From Candidatus Saccharimonadota bacterium (GTDB lineage Bacteria > Patescibacteriota > Microgenomatia > UBA1406 > GWC2-37-13), in contig CP066689.1 of NCBI GenBank assembly GCA_016432445.1, positions 900,001-932,000 of the forward strand: a stretch of DNA of 32,000 nucleotides, read 5' to 3'. The translations under genes were made by a program, and so were the position numbers. Position 1 is the stretch's first letter; each line of letters opens with the position of its first letter. Shown here in pieces: positions 8,246 through 18,023 of this stretch. A model generated the notes under the pieces. The model made no database searches. It had not been told where the DNA came from and saw only the letters and a program-made list of their open reading frames with translations.

Positions 8246-9969
8246 ACGGCTCCCTGCTCAATTTTGAAATGATGTAATTTTTTGACTATGTCTTCTTTTG
8301 AAAGTTTTTTTATTAAAAATAATTTTTTAATAATAGATAATGATGCTTCAAGTTCAGGCTGTACTACAATATGGGCTCCTAAATCTTTCATTCTTTGTCG
8401 ATGTTCATTTTTGTGAACGCGGCTAATAATAAAAATTTCGGGATTCAGTTTTTTGGCGTTAAGAATAATTGCTTCCTGCGAATACTTTTCTGCGACAACT
8501 GAAACTAAAACTAATGCATTTTCAACCTGAGCATAATCTAGTATATCAACATCGGTTGGATCTCCATAGAAAATCGGCACTCCTTCTCTTTTTCCTTTAG
8601 TTACAGTATGAAAATTATAATCAACGGCTATAAAAGGAATATTAGCTAGCATAAGGGCTCGTCCAATATGTGATCCTACTCTGCCGTAACCGCAAATAAC
8701 CACGTGGTTTTTAATTTCCAGCAAATCTATTGGAGACCGATCGAAATCAATTTTATGCTTTATAAAGACTTCAACAGAAGGAATATATTTCTTAAGAAAC
8801 GACCTCATTTTTAAATAAATAATATCTTTGCTGTTAATAACCAGAGGCGTCAATATTAAAGTCAATAAAACTGATGAAATTGCAAAAAGGTATTCTTGTG
8901 AAGTAAAAATTTTATTGACAAAAGCCATCGATAATAATAAAAAAGCATTTTCACTAATCTGAAAGAGTAAAATTGCCAGTGAAAAAACAATACGAGAACT
9001 AAAGCGGAAATATAAAAAAATACCGACGATAATAAGAGATTTTATTAAAACGACAAATAAACTGAATAAAAGAATTGAAGGGATGAGATTTAAAATAGAT
9101 GTAATCTGAATATTGGTACCAATGAAGATAAAAAATATAATAGCTAAAATATCTCTGAAAGGACGAATCTGTGAAAAAACATGGTGATGTTCAAGAGTCT
9201 GAGACACTAAAACTCCAGCAACAAACATCCCAATAAGAATCGGTACATTAAAACTTGTTGATAAATAGCCAATAAAAAAAATGAAAATAATAATAAAAAG
9301 ATTTAACAACTCACGCGAGGAACGGACTATCTTATCAAAAATAAGAGGCACAAACATTCGACCCAAATAAAACATTATTCCTAAAATCAGAGATGCTTCA
9401 ACTAATCCTATTCCAATATTTTTAATTACAGTGAAAAAAGAGGCTGACTGATTATTAAAAGAAGCAAAAATAATAATTGAAGGTATAAAAGCTAAATCCT
9501 GAAACATTAGTAAACCGATTGCCAGTTCGCCAGTAAAAGATGACTCATCTCCCTTTTCTTGAATTATCTTAGCTACAAGTGCAGTTGATGAGGAAGCAAA
9601 AGCTATTCCAATAAGTATAGATTGAAGAATATCGAATTTGAAAAATATACTTAAAATTGCAATCGCAATTGTTGATAATAAAACCTGAATTGTTCCTCCT
9701 ACTACGATCGCCCGTTTTAATACTAGTATTTTTTCAAAATTTATTTCTAAACCTATCGTAAAAAGCAAAAGGATAATTCCAAAGGAAGCAAAATTTTTAA
9801 TAAACTCTTGAGAAATGAAGCTGTTAAAAAAAGTTCCCAGTACAATTCCTGCTATTAAATAACCTATAATTGGAGAAATGTTTATTTTCTTGAAAACATA
9901 AGCGAAGATAAAAGGAACTGAAAGAAATACCAAAACATTAAAAAAAAATGATGCCGGAATATCGCCCAT
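8242..9969 (-). CDS. CPA2-family cation:proton antiporter (KefB/KefC-like) with C-terminal RCK/TrkA-N domain
   Basis: About 12 TM helices are followed by a Rossmann motif VVICGYGRVGSHIGRAL and then DILDYAQVENA... Confidence 0.85.
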   Translation of the reverse strand: MGDIPASFFFNVLVFLSVPFIFAYVFKKINISPIIGYLIAGIVLGTFFNSFISQEFIKNFASFGIILLLFTIGLEINFEKILVLKRAIVVGGTIQVLLSTIAIAILSIFFKFDILQSILIGIAFASSSTALVAKIIQEKGDESSFTGELAIGLLMFQDLAFIPSIIIFASFNNQSASFFTVIKNIGIGLVEASLILGIMFYLGRMFVPLIFDKIVRSSRELLNLFIIIFIFFIGYLSTSFNVPILIGMFVAGVLVSQTLEHHHVFSQIRPFRDILAIIFFIFIGTNIQITSILNLIPSILLFSLFVVLIKSLIIVGIFLYFRFSSRIVFSLAILLFQISENAFLLLSMAFVNKIFTSQEYLFAISSVLLTLILTPLVINSKDIIYLKMRSFLKKYIPSVEVFIKHKIDFDRSPIDLLEIKNHVVICGYGRVGSHIGRALMLANIPFIAVDYNFHTVTKGKREGVPIFYGDPTDVDILDYAQVENALVLVSVVAEKYSQEAIILNAKKLNPEIFIISRVHKNEHRQRMKDLGAHIVVQPELEASLSIIKKLFLIKKLSKEDIVKKLHHFKIEQGAV

Positions 9970-10022
9970 ATATACAATATACTACACAAGTTAGAGGTTA
10001 TGGGTGATGAGTTATGAGTTTT

Positions 10023-10388
10023 TTATTTGCGTATTTTGCTCTCACATTCAATGCAGTATCTTGCCTCAGGAATAAGTTTTAACCTTGGCATTGGTATCAT
10101 CTTAACACATCTCTCGCATTGTCCATATCTTTTTTTTGCGAGCTTATCTAGTGCAAGATCAATATCCTTCAATCTCTTTTTCATCTCCTGTATCTCAGCT
10201 TCTACTGTTTGGTGGCCAATCTGTTCTCTGGCATCAGTATCAACAGCCGCATTGTCAGAGGTATAATCGGGATCTGAAAAAGGATCATTTTTTTTAAGCT
10301 CCTCAATCCTTAGATGTATTCTTGTCCTTGTCTCCTTTAATTTTTTTTCCTGTCGTTTTATAAACTCGGCTGATAGTTTTTTGTCCAT
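10023..10388 (-). CDS. DksA/TraR-family C4 zinc-finger protein
   Basis: Coiled-coil N-terminus followed by CERCVKMIPMPRLKLIPEARYCIECE (CxxC-N17-CxxC). Confidence 0.8.
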   Translation of the reverse strand: MDKKLSAEFIKRQEKKLKETRTRIHLRIEELKKNDPFSDPDYTSDNAAVDTDAREQIGHQTVEAEIQEMKKRLKDIDLALDKLAKKRYGQCERCVKMIPMPRLKLIPEARYCIECESKIRK

Positions 10389-11178
10389 AAAAGTAAATAG
10401 AATTTTTAATTATTTGTATTTTTCCTAAAATAGAACTCCTAAAATAGTATAGGAAGTAAAATGTAAATGTCAAGAGGATAGCTAATGAAAATGTTTTGTT
10501 TAAACTGTCAGTCGTAATAAATGTTAAATGGGCAGATTTCAAAGGATCAAATAAGAAGTAAACTAATCCTAAATACCACCAAAAAAAATAAAAATTAAAT
10601 CCTTTTGCATATTTTTGGCGGCGGATTCCGAAAAGCAGCTTATAACTAAGATAAGCACCTATTATAAATAGGAATCCTTCATAAAGAGCCGTCAGATGCC
10701 TAAATCCGTCAAAACCTGCATATTTGATAGCTAAGAAGAACTTCGTTTTTGTCCCAACCTCAACACCAGAAAAGAAACTGCCAATTTTACCTAATCCCAA
10801 AGCTAAAAGTCCCGGTGTAATAAAATAATCAACAATATCAAAAAATTTTATCTTTTTGATTAAGAAAAAAATATAAAGGCCTAAAGCGGCTCCAACTACA
10901 CTGCCAAAAAGAGAAAGACCCGGATAACCGTTAATAAGGATATACTTTAAGATATCAAAGCCAAACTGATTAAAATTAAAGATTACGTAAAGTAGACGCC
11001 CAACTATGAATCCTGAAGCCATTGAGATAAACAGTCCATCAAATACATCTTCTTCCTTAAATGAGGTCAGACGAATGTTTCTCCATAAGAGAAATGTTCC
11101 CCAAAAAAAAGCCAAAACTAAAAAAACTCCGAATGTATAAATCTTAAAAAACCCTAAATCAATAAGAACTGGAAACAT
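10303..11178 (-). CDS. lgt: Prolipoprotein diacylglyceryl transferase
   Basis: MFPVLIDLGFFKIYTFGVFLVLAFFWGTFLLW..., GRLLYVIFN and a polytopic profile typical of Lgt. The Lys-rich tail overlaps the dksA-like start by 86 nt. Confidence 0.8.
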   Translation of the reverse strand: MFPVLIDLGFFKIYTFGVFLVLAFFWGTFLLWRNIRLTSFKEEDVFDGLFISMASGFIVGRLLYVIFNFNQFGFDILKYILINGYPGLSLFGSVVGAALGLYIFFLIKKIKFFDIVDYFITPGLLALGLGKIGSFFSGVEVGTKTKFFLAIKYAGFDGFRHLTALYEGFLFIIGAYLSYKLLFGIRRQKYAKGFNFYFFWWYLGLVYFLFDPLKSAHLTFITTDSLNKTFSLAILLTFTFYFLYYFRSSILGKIQIIKNSIYFYGQKTISRVYKTTGKKIKGDKDKNTSKD

Positions 11179-11186
11179 TTTATATT

Positions 11187-11250
11187 ACGCGTTTAGCGTT
11201 TTGAGTTTAGCGTTTTGCGCTTGAACGCATAACGCACAACGAATAACGAT
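11187..11250. repeat. Inverted repeat built from GCGTT / AACGC words in the lgt/GT39 divergent spacer
   Basis: The left half is GCGTTTAGCGTTTTGAGTTTAGCGTTTTGCGC and the right half is GAACGCATAACGCACAACGAATAACG. The core hairpin GCGTTTTGCG-cttgaa-CGCATAACGC pairs at 9 of 10 positions. Confidence 0.5.
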
Positions 11251-11269
11251 TAGTATAATTATAGATAAA

Positions 11270-12862
11270 ATGATAAAAATAACAACTATTCTTCTTATCG
11301 GCCTAACCCTTCGCTTGTGGGGTTTAAACTGGGATCAAGGCTTCCACATGCACCCTGATGAAAGAATGCTTATTATGATAGCTGATAAAATTAATTTTTT
11401 TGATAATCTCAATCCCGATTTTTTCAATTATGGAACTTTACCTCTTTATCTTCTAAAAGCGCTCGCCCAGATTACTGATTTTTTCTTATTTACTCAATTT
11501 TCTAATTATGATGGTCTTTTATACCTGGGACGGTTTATGTCTGTAATCGCCGATGTAACCGTTATTTACCTCATATCTCTTATTTCTAAGCTTCTTTTTA
11601 AAAGAAGACAGCTTATCTTATGGCCGGCTTTTTTGTACGCCGTAGCTTTTTTTCCTATTCAAAACACGCATTTCTTTATTGTTGATGTTTACTTAAATCT
11701 CTTCTCTACTCTTCTTATTTACTTACTATTAACCTTTCTTATTAAACCTTCGTTTAAAAAGGTCTTTTTAATTTCTTTAGTAAGCGGAGCTTTACTGGCT
11801 ACTAAACTTACTGCAGTAATCTTTTTTATTTTAGTAATAGCTGTTTTTTTTATTAAAGAAAAAGATAATTTTAAGCAGTTTATTCTAAACTCAATATATT
11901 TTTTAATTTTTACAGTAATGTTCCATTTCATCTTCATGCCCTATGCCTATCTTTCCTTTGGAAAATTCATCGAGTCCTCTCTTCTTCAATCTAAGATGAA
12001 CTCTGATCCTTATATTTTTCCCTACACTCTTCAGTATGTTAATACTTTTCCTTATCTTTACTATCTTAAAAATATATTTATTTGGGGGCTTGGACCGGTT
12101 ATTTCAGCATTAGGGATATTAGGGTTAATTAGGGTTATTAGGGAGATTAGGAAAAACAGGCAAGATAAATTAATCCTCGTTATCTTTGTTATCTTTTATT
12201 TTATTTATTTTCTTGCCATCGGACAATCTGCTGTTAAGTTCATGCGGTACATGCTCCCTCTCTACCCCTTTTTAGCTGTTATGGCAGGATATGGTTTGTA
12301 TAATATAAAATTTTTAAAGATTATAAAAATTATAATCGTTATAGGGATTATCATCTGGACTGTTTTTTTTCTTAATATTTATTCATACCCTAACACCCGC
12401 ATCCAGGCAACTCGGTGGATACTGGATAACATACCAATAGGCTCAACTTTAGCTATTGAGCACTGGGATGACAGACTTCCTATCTTTGGTAATGAAAAAT
12501 ATAACTTTGTAGAAATGAGTTTATATGAGCAACCTGACGACAATCTTAAATGGACTAGTTTGAAGCAGCGTTTAGCTCAAGCTGATTATATTATCATCGC
12601 CTCAAACCGCCTCTATGTTCCCTTACAAAAACTCGCTGACTGTAGCAAATACCGTTCATGCTATCCTCAAACCGCCAAATATTATGATGACCTATTCAAC
12701 GGCCGGTTAGGGTTTAAAAAAACAGCAGAATTTACTGACTATCCCACTTTAGGAATTAATATTGGATCCGCCAACTGGCGGATGAAAATTGCCGACGACA
12801 ATGCCGACGAATCCTTCACAGTCTACGACCATCCGAAGATAATGATATTCAAGAGGATTTGA
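11270..12862 (+). CDS. GT39/ArnT-like (PMT_2) membrane glycosyltransferase
   Basis: LRLWGLNWDQGFHMHPDERM near the N-terminus, then more than 10 TM helices and a soluble C-terminal domain. TATAAT at 11254-11259 lies 10 nt before the ATG. Confidence 0.8.
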   Translation: MIKITTILLIGLTLRLWGLNWDQGFHMHPDERMLIMIADKINFFDNLNPDFFNYGTLPLYLLKALAQITDFFLFTQFSNYDGLLYLGRFMSVIADVTVIYLISLISKLLFKRRQLILWPAFLYAVAFFPIQNTHFFIVDVYLNLFSTLLIYLLLTFLIKPSFKKVFLISLVSGALLATKLTAVIFFILVIAVFFIKEKDNFKQFILNSIYFLIFTVMFHFIFMPYAYLSFGKFIESSLLQSKMNSDPYIFPYTLQYVNTFPYLYYLKNIFIWGLGPVISALGILGLIRVIREIRKNRQDKLILVIFVIFYFIYFLAIGQSAVKFMRYMLPLYPFLAVMAGYGLYNIKFLKIIKIIIVIGIIIWTVFFLNIYSYPNTRIQATRWILDNIPIGSTLAIEHWDDRLPIFGNEKYNFVEMSLYEQPDDNLKWTSLKQRLAQADYIIIASNRLYVPLQKLADCSKYRSCYPQTAKYYDDLFNGRLGFKKTAEFTDYPTLGINIGSANWRMKIADDNADESFTVYDHPKIMIFKRI

Positions 12863-12916
12863 TTCATGATTCACGATGCATGATTCATGAATCTTAAATC
12901 TTGAATCGTGAATCGC
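12860..12916. terminator. Bidirectional hairpin region between convergent genes; copy 2 of the GATTCATGAATC module
   Basis: TGATTCATGATTCACGATGCATGATTCATGAATCTTAAATCTTGAATCGTGAATCGC. GATTCACGAT pairs with ATCGTGAATC, and the palindromic 12-mer is internal. It fills the whole gap between the two stop codons. Confidence 0.5.
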
Positions 12917-12917
12917 T

Positions 12918-13961
12918 TTATAAAAATCTTTTAATGACTCCCAGTATCCCTTGCTTCCAACCGACAGTATGCGTAACGCCTGAAGTGCGCGATTTTACTT
13001 CTTTATAATGCTTCAAGTACCATTTATAAGCTTTGATCAATGCCTGAGCATTAGAATACTTAGGATACCAATTTAATGTTTCGATTAATCGATTAATCGA
13101 AACGAAGGAATCTTTATCCGCTGTTTCATAAACCCATTTGTAAAGAGGAGATAAATGAAGAATCTCAAAAAATCTTAAAACCAGTTTTAAAGGAACTGAA
13201 GGAACTGGAAGAATATGAGAACCTGAGTTGGCAAAAGCAAATAATTCTTCAAGATCTTTACTGATTGTCGAAAACTTCTGCGCTCCGATATTGAAAGCAT
13301 CATTATACTTTTCTCCCTTTTTATCCAAAAATAAATAAATTACTTCAACCAAATCATCTACATCTAAAAGCTGATAACGGTTTTTCCCGGAGCCAAAAAC
13401 CGGTATTCTTTTGCCGTCATGAATCCAGTCAAATAAAATCTCAAAAACTCCTAAACGGCCAACTCCGACAAAGGTCTTAGGGCGGATAATTGTTACGGGC
13501 AAACCTTTTTTTATTGCTTTAAAACATAAATTTTCTGCCTGTATTTTTGACTCGCCGTAAGGACCAACCCCAACCTTAGAGTCATCTTCTTCAATGGGAT
13601 GCTTTATTGGTACCCCGTAAACTGCAGTTGAGGATATATAAATAACTCTTTTTACTTTATGTTTGATTGCGGCATCCAGTATATTTTTTGTGCCATCAAT
13701 ATTAGTGCTGTAGATGTCTTGTCTTTTCCATAAAGGTAAAGCTGCAGCGCAGTGAATAACAACATCTTTTCCTTTAACAATGTTATCCATTTTCTTTTTA
13801 TCTCTAATATCAGCAATTATCAGCTCATTTTTCCTGTCGTATTCTTCTTGATTAAACTTATTAATATCTATTAAAGTAAGATCAAAACTGCCTTTTTTGT
13901 TAAGGTAAGCTGTTAAATGATAACCTAAGAAACCTGAGCCGCCGGTAATAAGTATTTTCAT
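12918..13961 (-). CDS. NAD-dependent sugar epimerase/dehydratase (extended SDR)
   Basis: MKILITGGSGFLGYHL (the GxxGxxG motif) and YGESK (the YxxxK motif). Confidence 0.85.
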   Translation of the reverse strand: MKILITGGSGFLGYHLTAYLNKKGSFDLTLIDINKFNQEEYDRKNELIIADIRDKKKMDNIVKGKDVVIHCAAALPLWKRQDIYSTNIDGTKNILDAAIKHKVKRVIYISSTAVYGVPIKHPIEEDDSKVGVGPYGESKIQAENLCFKAIKKGLPVTIIRPKTFVGVGRLGVFEILFDWIHDGKRIPVFGSGKNRYQLLDVDDLVEVIYLFLDKKGEKYNDAFNIGAQKFSTISKDLEELFAFANSGSHILPVPSVPLKLVLRFFEILHLSPLYKWVYETADKDSFVSINRLIETLNWYPKYSNAQALIKAYKWYLKHYKEVKSRTSGVTHTVGWKQGILGVIKRFL

Positions 13962-13991
13962 CTTGCTAATGTTACAATATATAAATTGTAA

Positions 13992-14990
13992 ATGGAAAAA
14001 CTAAAATCAAATCTTAGATTATCAGAGATTCAAAAACAAGAGAAAAAAATTATCTATGTCTTTATTTTATCTTTATTTATCTATCTTATTTTTGTTTTCT
14101 ATGGCGATATTCAAAAAATAACTAAGGTAGCTTCATTGTTTAACTGGAAACTAGTACCTTTAATTCTGTTTTTTACACTGTTAAATTATTTTCTCCGAGC
14201 CGTCCGTTTTTATTTTTATTTAAAAAGTACTAACAATTATTTGTCTTTTTACCAATCTTTAATCATCTTTTTCTCTGGTCTTTCTATGACTGTAACTCCA
14301 GGAAAAAGCGGTGAGGTTATCAAAGCTTATCTTGCCAAAAAGATAGCTAACAAAAAGTTCTCTGAGATTATACCTATCTTAGTTTTTGAAAGACTTACTG
14401 ATGGCATAGCTATGTTAATTATGGCTGTCGGAGGCATTTTTATTGTCCAGAACTCAAAGCTTTTTTTTATTTTATCAGCTTTATTTGTTTTGCTATTTGT
14501 AATTTTTATTAAAGGCCATAATTATTTCCTTCTGTTTATTAACTTTCTTGAAAAAAAAATTCCACGGCTTAAAGTCTTAGATTTTTTCATTATTTTTTTC
14601 AGTCATTCTCAAAAACTACTAAGACCAAGGACTTTATTGTTTGGAATATTTATTGGTTTTGTTGCCTGGTCATTTGAAGGTCTATCAATGTATTTATTAG
14701 TAAAAGAATTTGTAAATACGGATGTAATTAAAGCTATTACTCTTTCTTTTTTCATTTTTTCATTTTCATCAATTGCCGGATTTTTTGTTTTAATCCCGGG
14801 AGGAATTGGAGTAGCCGAAGGATCAATGACTTATTTTTTAACTCAGTTTTTTCCTCTGTCTCTTCCTCAATCTATATTTATCGTTTTAATATTCCGTTTC
14901 TTAACTTTATGGTTTGGTGTATCTCTGGGTCTTAGTATACTAATTGCGTATTTAAGAAAGAGTATATCTGATAATAAAAATCAGGTTTGA
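13992..14990 (+). CDS. Flippase-like / lysylphosphatidylglycerol-synthase TM-region (UPF0104) family membrane protein
   Basis: Eight or so TM helices, with LLNYFLRAVRFYFYLK and PGGIGVAEG patterns typical of this family. It lies in a glycan-gene neighbourhood. Confidence 0.6.
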   Translation: MEKLKSNLRLSEIQKQEKKIIYVFILSLFIYLIFVFYGDIQKITKVASLFNWKLVPLILFFTLLNYFLRAVRFYFYLKSTNNYLSFYQSLIIFFSGLSMTVTPGKSGEVIKAYLAKKIANKKFSEIIPILVFERLTDGIAMLIMAVGGIFIVQNSKLFFILSALFVLLFVIFIKGHNYFLLFINFLEKKIPRLKVLDFFIIFFSHSQKLLRPRTLLFGIFIGFVAWSFEGLSMYLLVKEFVNTDVIKAITLSFFIFSFSSIAGFFVLIPGGIGVAEGSMTYFLTQFFPLSLPQSIFIVLIFRFLTLWFGVSLGLSILIAYLRKSISDNKNQV

Positions 14991-16075
14991 TTACCTTTTT
15001 TATGCCTGACTATTTTCTTTACTATATCTTTTATCATTTCTTTTGAGTTTTTCCCTTCATGTGAAACAACCTGAGCTTTTCCTTTTTGGGGAATAAGTGA
15101 CAGAACCATTCTTAGTACTCCTCCATTTTTTTCTTCCTTGACAAATACTTTAGCTTTAATAATGCCGGGAAGTTTAGTTAAGAAAAAAGGCAGTTCGTTT
15201 AAAAATGGTTTAACCACTTGTTTATTTTTTTGAGAAAGGTTTTTACTTGTTATTTGCGTAGGTTTGGGCAGTTTTGGTTTTAAAACAAGGGTTAAAAAAT
15301 CTCTTTTAGTAATAATATGTAAAGGATAATTTTCTTCATTAACAATGACAATGCTGCCGATCTTTCTTTCCATAACCAAATCCAAGGCATCAACCATGCT
15401 ATCGCTCGGCTTCATTGTTAATACCGCAGTTTTAGAAAAATGCTTAACCGGCTGATGATAAAAGCTTATTTTGTTAACCTCACCATCCTTTTGATGCAAC
15501 CTTTCTTTCGGAGTAATTAGATAATGTATAAGGTCATAATAACTAAAAATTCCTTTCATTTTTAAATCTTTCCCTATAACTACAAGTTTGGATATTTTAT
15601 GTTTTTTAAAAAGATTAATAGCTGTAGAAATCTGATCATTTTCATAGACTGTGATTAATGGTTTATTTTTCCTTTTTATGATTTCTCCAATTTTTATCTT
15701 AAATACAGAGCTATTTATAGGTGCGGCTAATAACTTATTAGCTGAGAGCATACCTAAAAACTGATTATCATCCTTAAAAACAGGGAGATAATGAATACGT
15801 GAGTTCATAAAAAGCTGGGAGGCTCTTTCAACTGAATCAGTAATCAATAATTTAGGCGGATGATACAAACAACGTTCAACTTTAGCATTACCGGGATGGG
15901 AACTTTGGATTAAGCTATAATAGGGGTTAATCACTCCTAAAAAAACATCATCCTGCGAAAAGACAAAAGCCGCATCATGAGTGGTTGAAAGTTTAGAAAG
16001 GGCACCGGCCATTGTCTCTGTAGGTCTAATCTTAATAATGTTATCATTACTTATAAGGTCAGATAAGTCGTGCAT
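14981..16075 (-). CDS. CBS-domain protein (about four CBS repeats) with an extra C-terminal alpha/beta domain
   Basis: Repeated CBS-like units (e.g. HDAAFVFSQDDVFLGVINP; IHYLPVFKDDNQFLGMLS; ISKLVVIGKDLKMKGIFS; IGSIVIVNEENYPLHIITKRD). The track ORF runs to ATG 16159, but a TTGACA-N17-TATGAT promoter (16156-16128, minus strand) sits inside that extension. I therefore prefer ATG 16075 (MHDLSDL...). Confidence 0.75.
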   Translation of the reverse strand: MHDLSDLISNDNIIKIRPTETMAGALSKLSTTHDAAFVFSQDDVFLGVINPYYSLIQSSHPGNAKVERCLYHPPKLLITDSVERASQLFMNSRIHYLPVFKDDNQFLGMLSANKLLAAPINSSVFKIKIGEIIKRKNKPLITVYENDQISTAINLFKKHKISKLVVIGKDLKMKGIFSYYDLIHYLITPKERLHQKDGEVNKISFYHQPVKHFSKTAVLTMKPSDSMVDALDLVMERKIGSIVIVNEENYPLHIITKRDFLTLVLKPKLPKPTQITSKNLSQKNKQVVKPFLNELPFFLTKLPGIIKAKVFVKEEKNGGVLRMVLSLIPQKGKAQVVSHEGKNSKEMIKDIVKKIVRHKKGNQT

Positions 16076-16177
16076 AATATAAATATATATTATTATGGGA
16101 TAAAAAACAAGACGAGAATTTAAACTTATCATACGATCACTTTTCTCATATGTCAACATTAAATTTCTCTTTTTTTG

Positions 16178-16186
16178 TGATAAAAT
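16178..16186 (+). promoter_or_regulatory. Extended -10 element TGaTAAAAT, 6 nt upstream of the aminopeptidase ATG (leaderless layout)
   Basis: TG at 16178-16179, TAAAAT at 16181-16186 and ATG at 16193. There is no SD. Confidence 0.4.
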
Positions 16187-16192
16187 ACCTTC

Positions 16193-17329
16193 ATGCAGCC
16201 AGCTACCAGAGACATTAAGCTTGCCCGTATTTTAATTCATCACTCTCTTAAACTGAAAGCCAAGGAGTGTATTTTAATTACTATTTCTGATTTCAATGCT
16301 CTACCTCTCGTAAAAGCTGTTTTTATAGAAGCTTTGAAAACAGGAGCTTACCCTGTTGTTGATACCCAAATAAATCCATTTATGAACCGCGGCGGAGCTA
16401 CAGGATTAAGATATCAGTTTTATAAATTAGCTAATGACTGGCAGCTTAACTATATTCCATCAGAGATTTTGGAAGCACAGATGAAATGGGCTAATGCCTA
16501 TGTAAGAATCGTGACTATTGATAATACTCAAGAATTAAATCAAATCGCTCAAGAAAAAATTACTACTACTAATAAACTTGTGCGGCCTTTTTTGGACAAA
16601 ATGATTGATAAAGACAGGTGGGTTTTAACTTACTATCCCACTCCATCTATGGCTCAAAATGCCAGCGTTTCTCTTGACTGGCTTTTAGATTTTTACTATA
16701 AATCCTGCATTGTTGATTATGACAAAATGAAAAAACAGCTGACAAAGATCGAAAAAGTGCTTGACGACGGATCAATCGTCAGGATTGTTGGAAAAGATAC
16801 TGATCTTACTTTCTCAATAAAAGGCAGACTGGCTAAAGCCTCTTATGGCGAACGCAATATCCCAGATGGAGAGGTTTTTTTAGCTCCGGTTTTTGAAACT
16901 ATTGAGGGAAAAGTTTATTTCGATCTACCAACCAATTACAATGGCGCAGATGTCTCAGATATTCATCTTGAGTTTGAAAAAGGAAAAGTAGTTAAAGCCA
17001 CATCAAAAGTCGGCAATAAAGCCATGCAGAAAATCTTAGATACAGATCCTGGAGCCAGAACCTTTGGCGAGCTTGGAATCGGAGTAAACTACCAGATAAA
17101 AAATGCTATGAGAAATACTCTTTTTGATGAGAAAATAGGAGGAACTATCCATTTAGCCTTGGGCAGTTCTTACAAAGAAAAAAGAGGCGGCGCTCCAGTC
17201 GGCTTTAATAAATCCGCCATTCATTGGGACATTGTCAAAGACATGCGCAAAAAAGGTTCAATACTTTATGTTGATGATAAGGTATTGATGAAAGAGGGAA
17301 AGTTTTCAATTGGCAACCGCGTAGGTTGA
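16193..17329 (+). CDS. M29-family aminopeptidase (AmpS/PepS-like)
   Basis: The N-terminus IKLARILIHHSLKLKAKECILI, the segments PDGEVF.AP and GELGIGVN, and the GGTIHLALG pattern match thermophilic metalloaminopeptidases. Confidence 0.85.
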   Translation: MQPATRDIKLARILIHHSLKLKAKECILITISDFNALPLVKAVFIEALKTGAYPVVDTQINPFMNRGGATGLRYQFYKLANDWQLNYIPSEILEAQMKWANAYVRIVTIDNTQELNQIAQEKITTTNKLVRPFLDKMIDKDRWVLTYYPTPSMAQNASVSLDWLLDFYYKSCIVDYDKMKKQLTKIEKVLDDGSIVRIVGKDTDLTFSIKGRLAKASYGERNIPDGEVFLAPVFETIEGKVYFDLPTNYNGADVSDIHLEFEKGKVVKATSKVGNKAMQKILDTDPGARTFGELGIGVNYQIKNAMRNTLFDEKIGGTIHLALGSSYKEKRGGAPVGFNKSAIHWDIVKDMRKKGSILYVDDKVLMKEGKFSIGNRVG

Positions 17330-17347
17330 TTAGCCATAAATTGGAAG

Positions 17348-18004
17348 TCAACTCTTCTTTGCTTTGTCTGCTAAAAATTGTTTGCCGTGGCCGACGCTTG
17401 TATTAATGGGCACATTGTTTTTACATAAAAGACAATCTTTTTCTTCGTAAGATTCGGTTACATACACATCCAAAGATGAAAAAGGCGCTCCGATAGTCTT
17501 TTCGTTTACTAGTTTGGGATCACGGTTCACCATAACACAAACCCCAACCACCTCTCCCCCAGCTTTTCGCACCACCTCAACCACTTTTTTAACAGATATT
17601 CCTGTAGTAGTTAAATCTTCCAACACCAAAACTTTTTTTCCTTTTATATATTTGTCATATCCTCTTCTAAATATTTGATTACTTTCAGATGCTGAGGAGG
17701 TTGTTCCTTTATCTTTTTCCGTATATGTACTTAACACTTCTCTCTTTTTTAACTTCGACAAATAATAAGCTGTCCACTGAGAAAGAATAGTCCCGCCGAT
17801 TGCCGGTGCAACCACCATATCAATTTTTTTATTTTTAAATTTTCCAGCAAATATTTTACCTATCTTAGCTGCTTCCACCGGATGAAGATATAAAAGATCT
17901 TTATTAATGTAATCTTTAAGATGTCTTCCTGATGTGCCGACAAAATGACTATCGGCAATAATCGCTCCCACCTTTTTTAAAATATCAACAACACTTTCTT
18001 GCAT
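17348..18004 (-). CDS. pyrE: Orotate phosphoribosyltransferase (type I PRTase)
   Basis: PRPP loop VLVLEDLTTTGISVKKVV, GTSGRHLKDYINKD and VVAPAIGG. It lies directly downstream of pyrF on the same strand. Confidence 0.75.
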   Translation of the reverse strand: MQESVVDILKKVGAIIADSHFVGTSGRHLKDYINKDLLYLHPVEAAKIGKIFAGKFKNKKIDMVVAPAIGGTILSQWTAYYLSKLKKREVLSTYTEKDKGTTSSASESNQIFRRGYDKYIKGKKVLVLEDLTTTGISVKKVVEVVRKAGGEVVGVCVMVNRDPKLVNEKTIGAPFSSLDVYVTESYEEKDCLLCKNNVPINTSVGHGKQFLADKAKKS

Positions 18005-18023
18005 AGATATAAGTAATTTATAA

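Noticed and set aside
10303-10388. 86-nt same-strand overlap between the lgt 3' end and the dksA-like 5' end.
   Set aside because: It is unusual in size but probably harmless. The DksA N-terminal coiled coil looks genuine and has no internal Met. The overlapped Lgt tail is a Lys-rich, non-conserved-looking extension. I see no slippery site or other evidence for frameshifting or a fused gene, so it is noted only.
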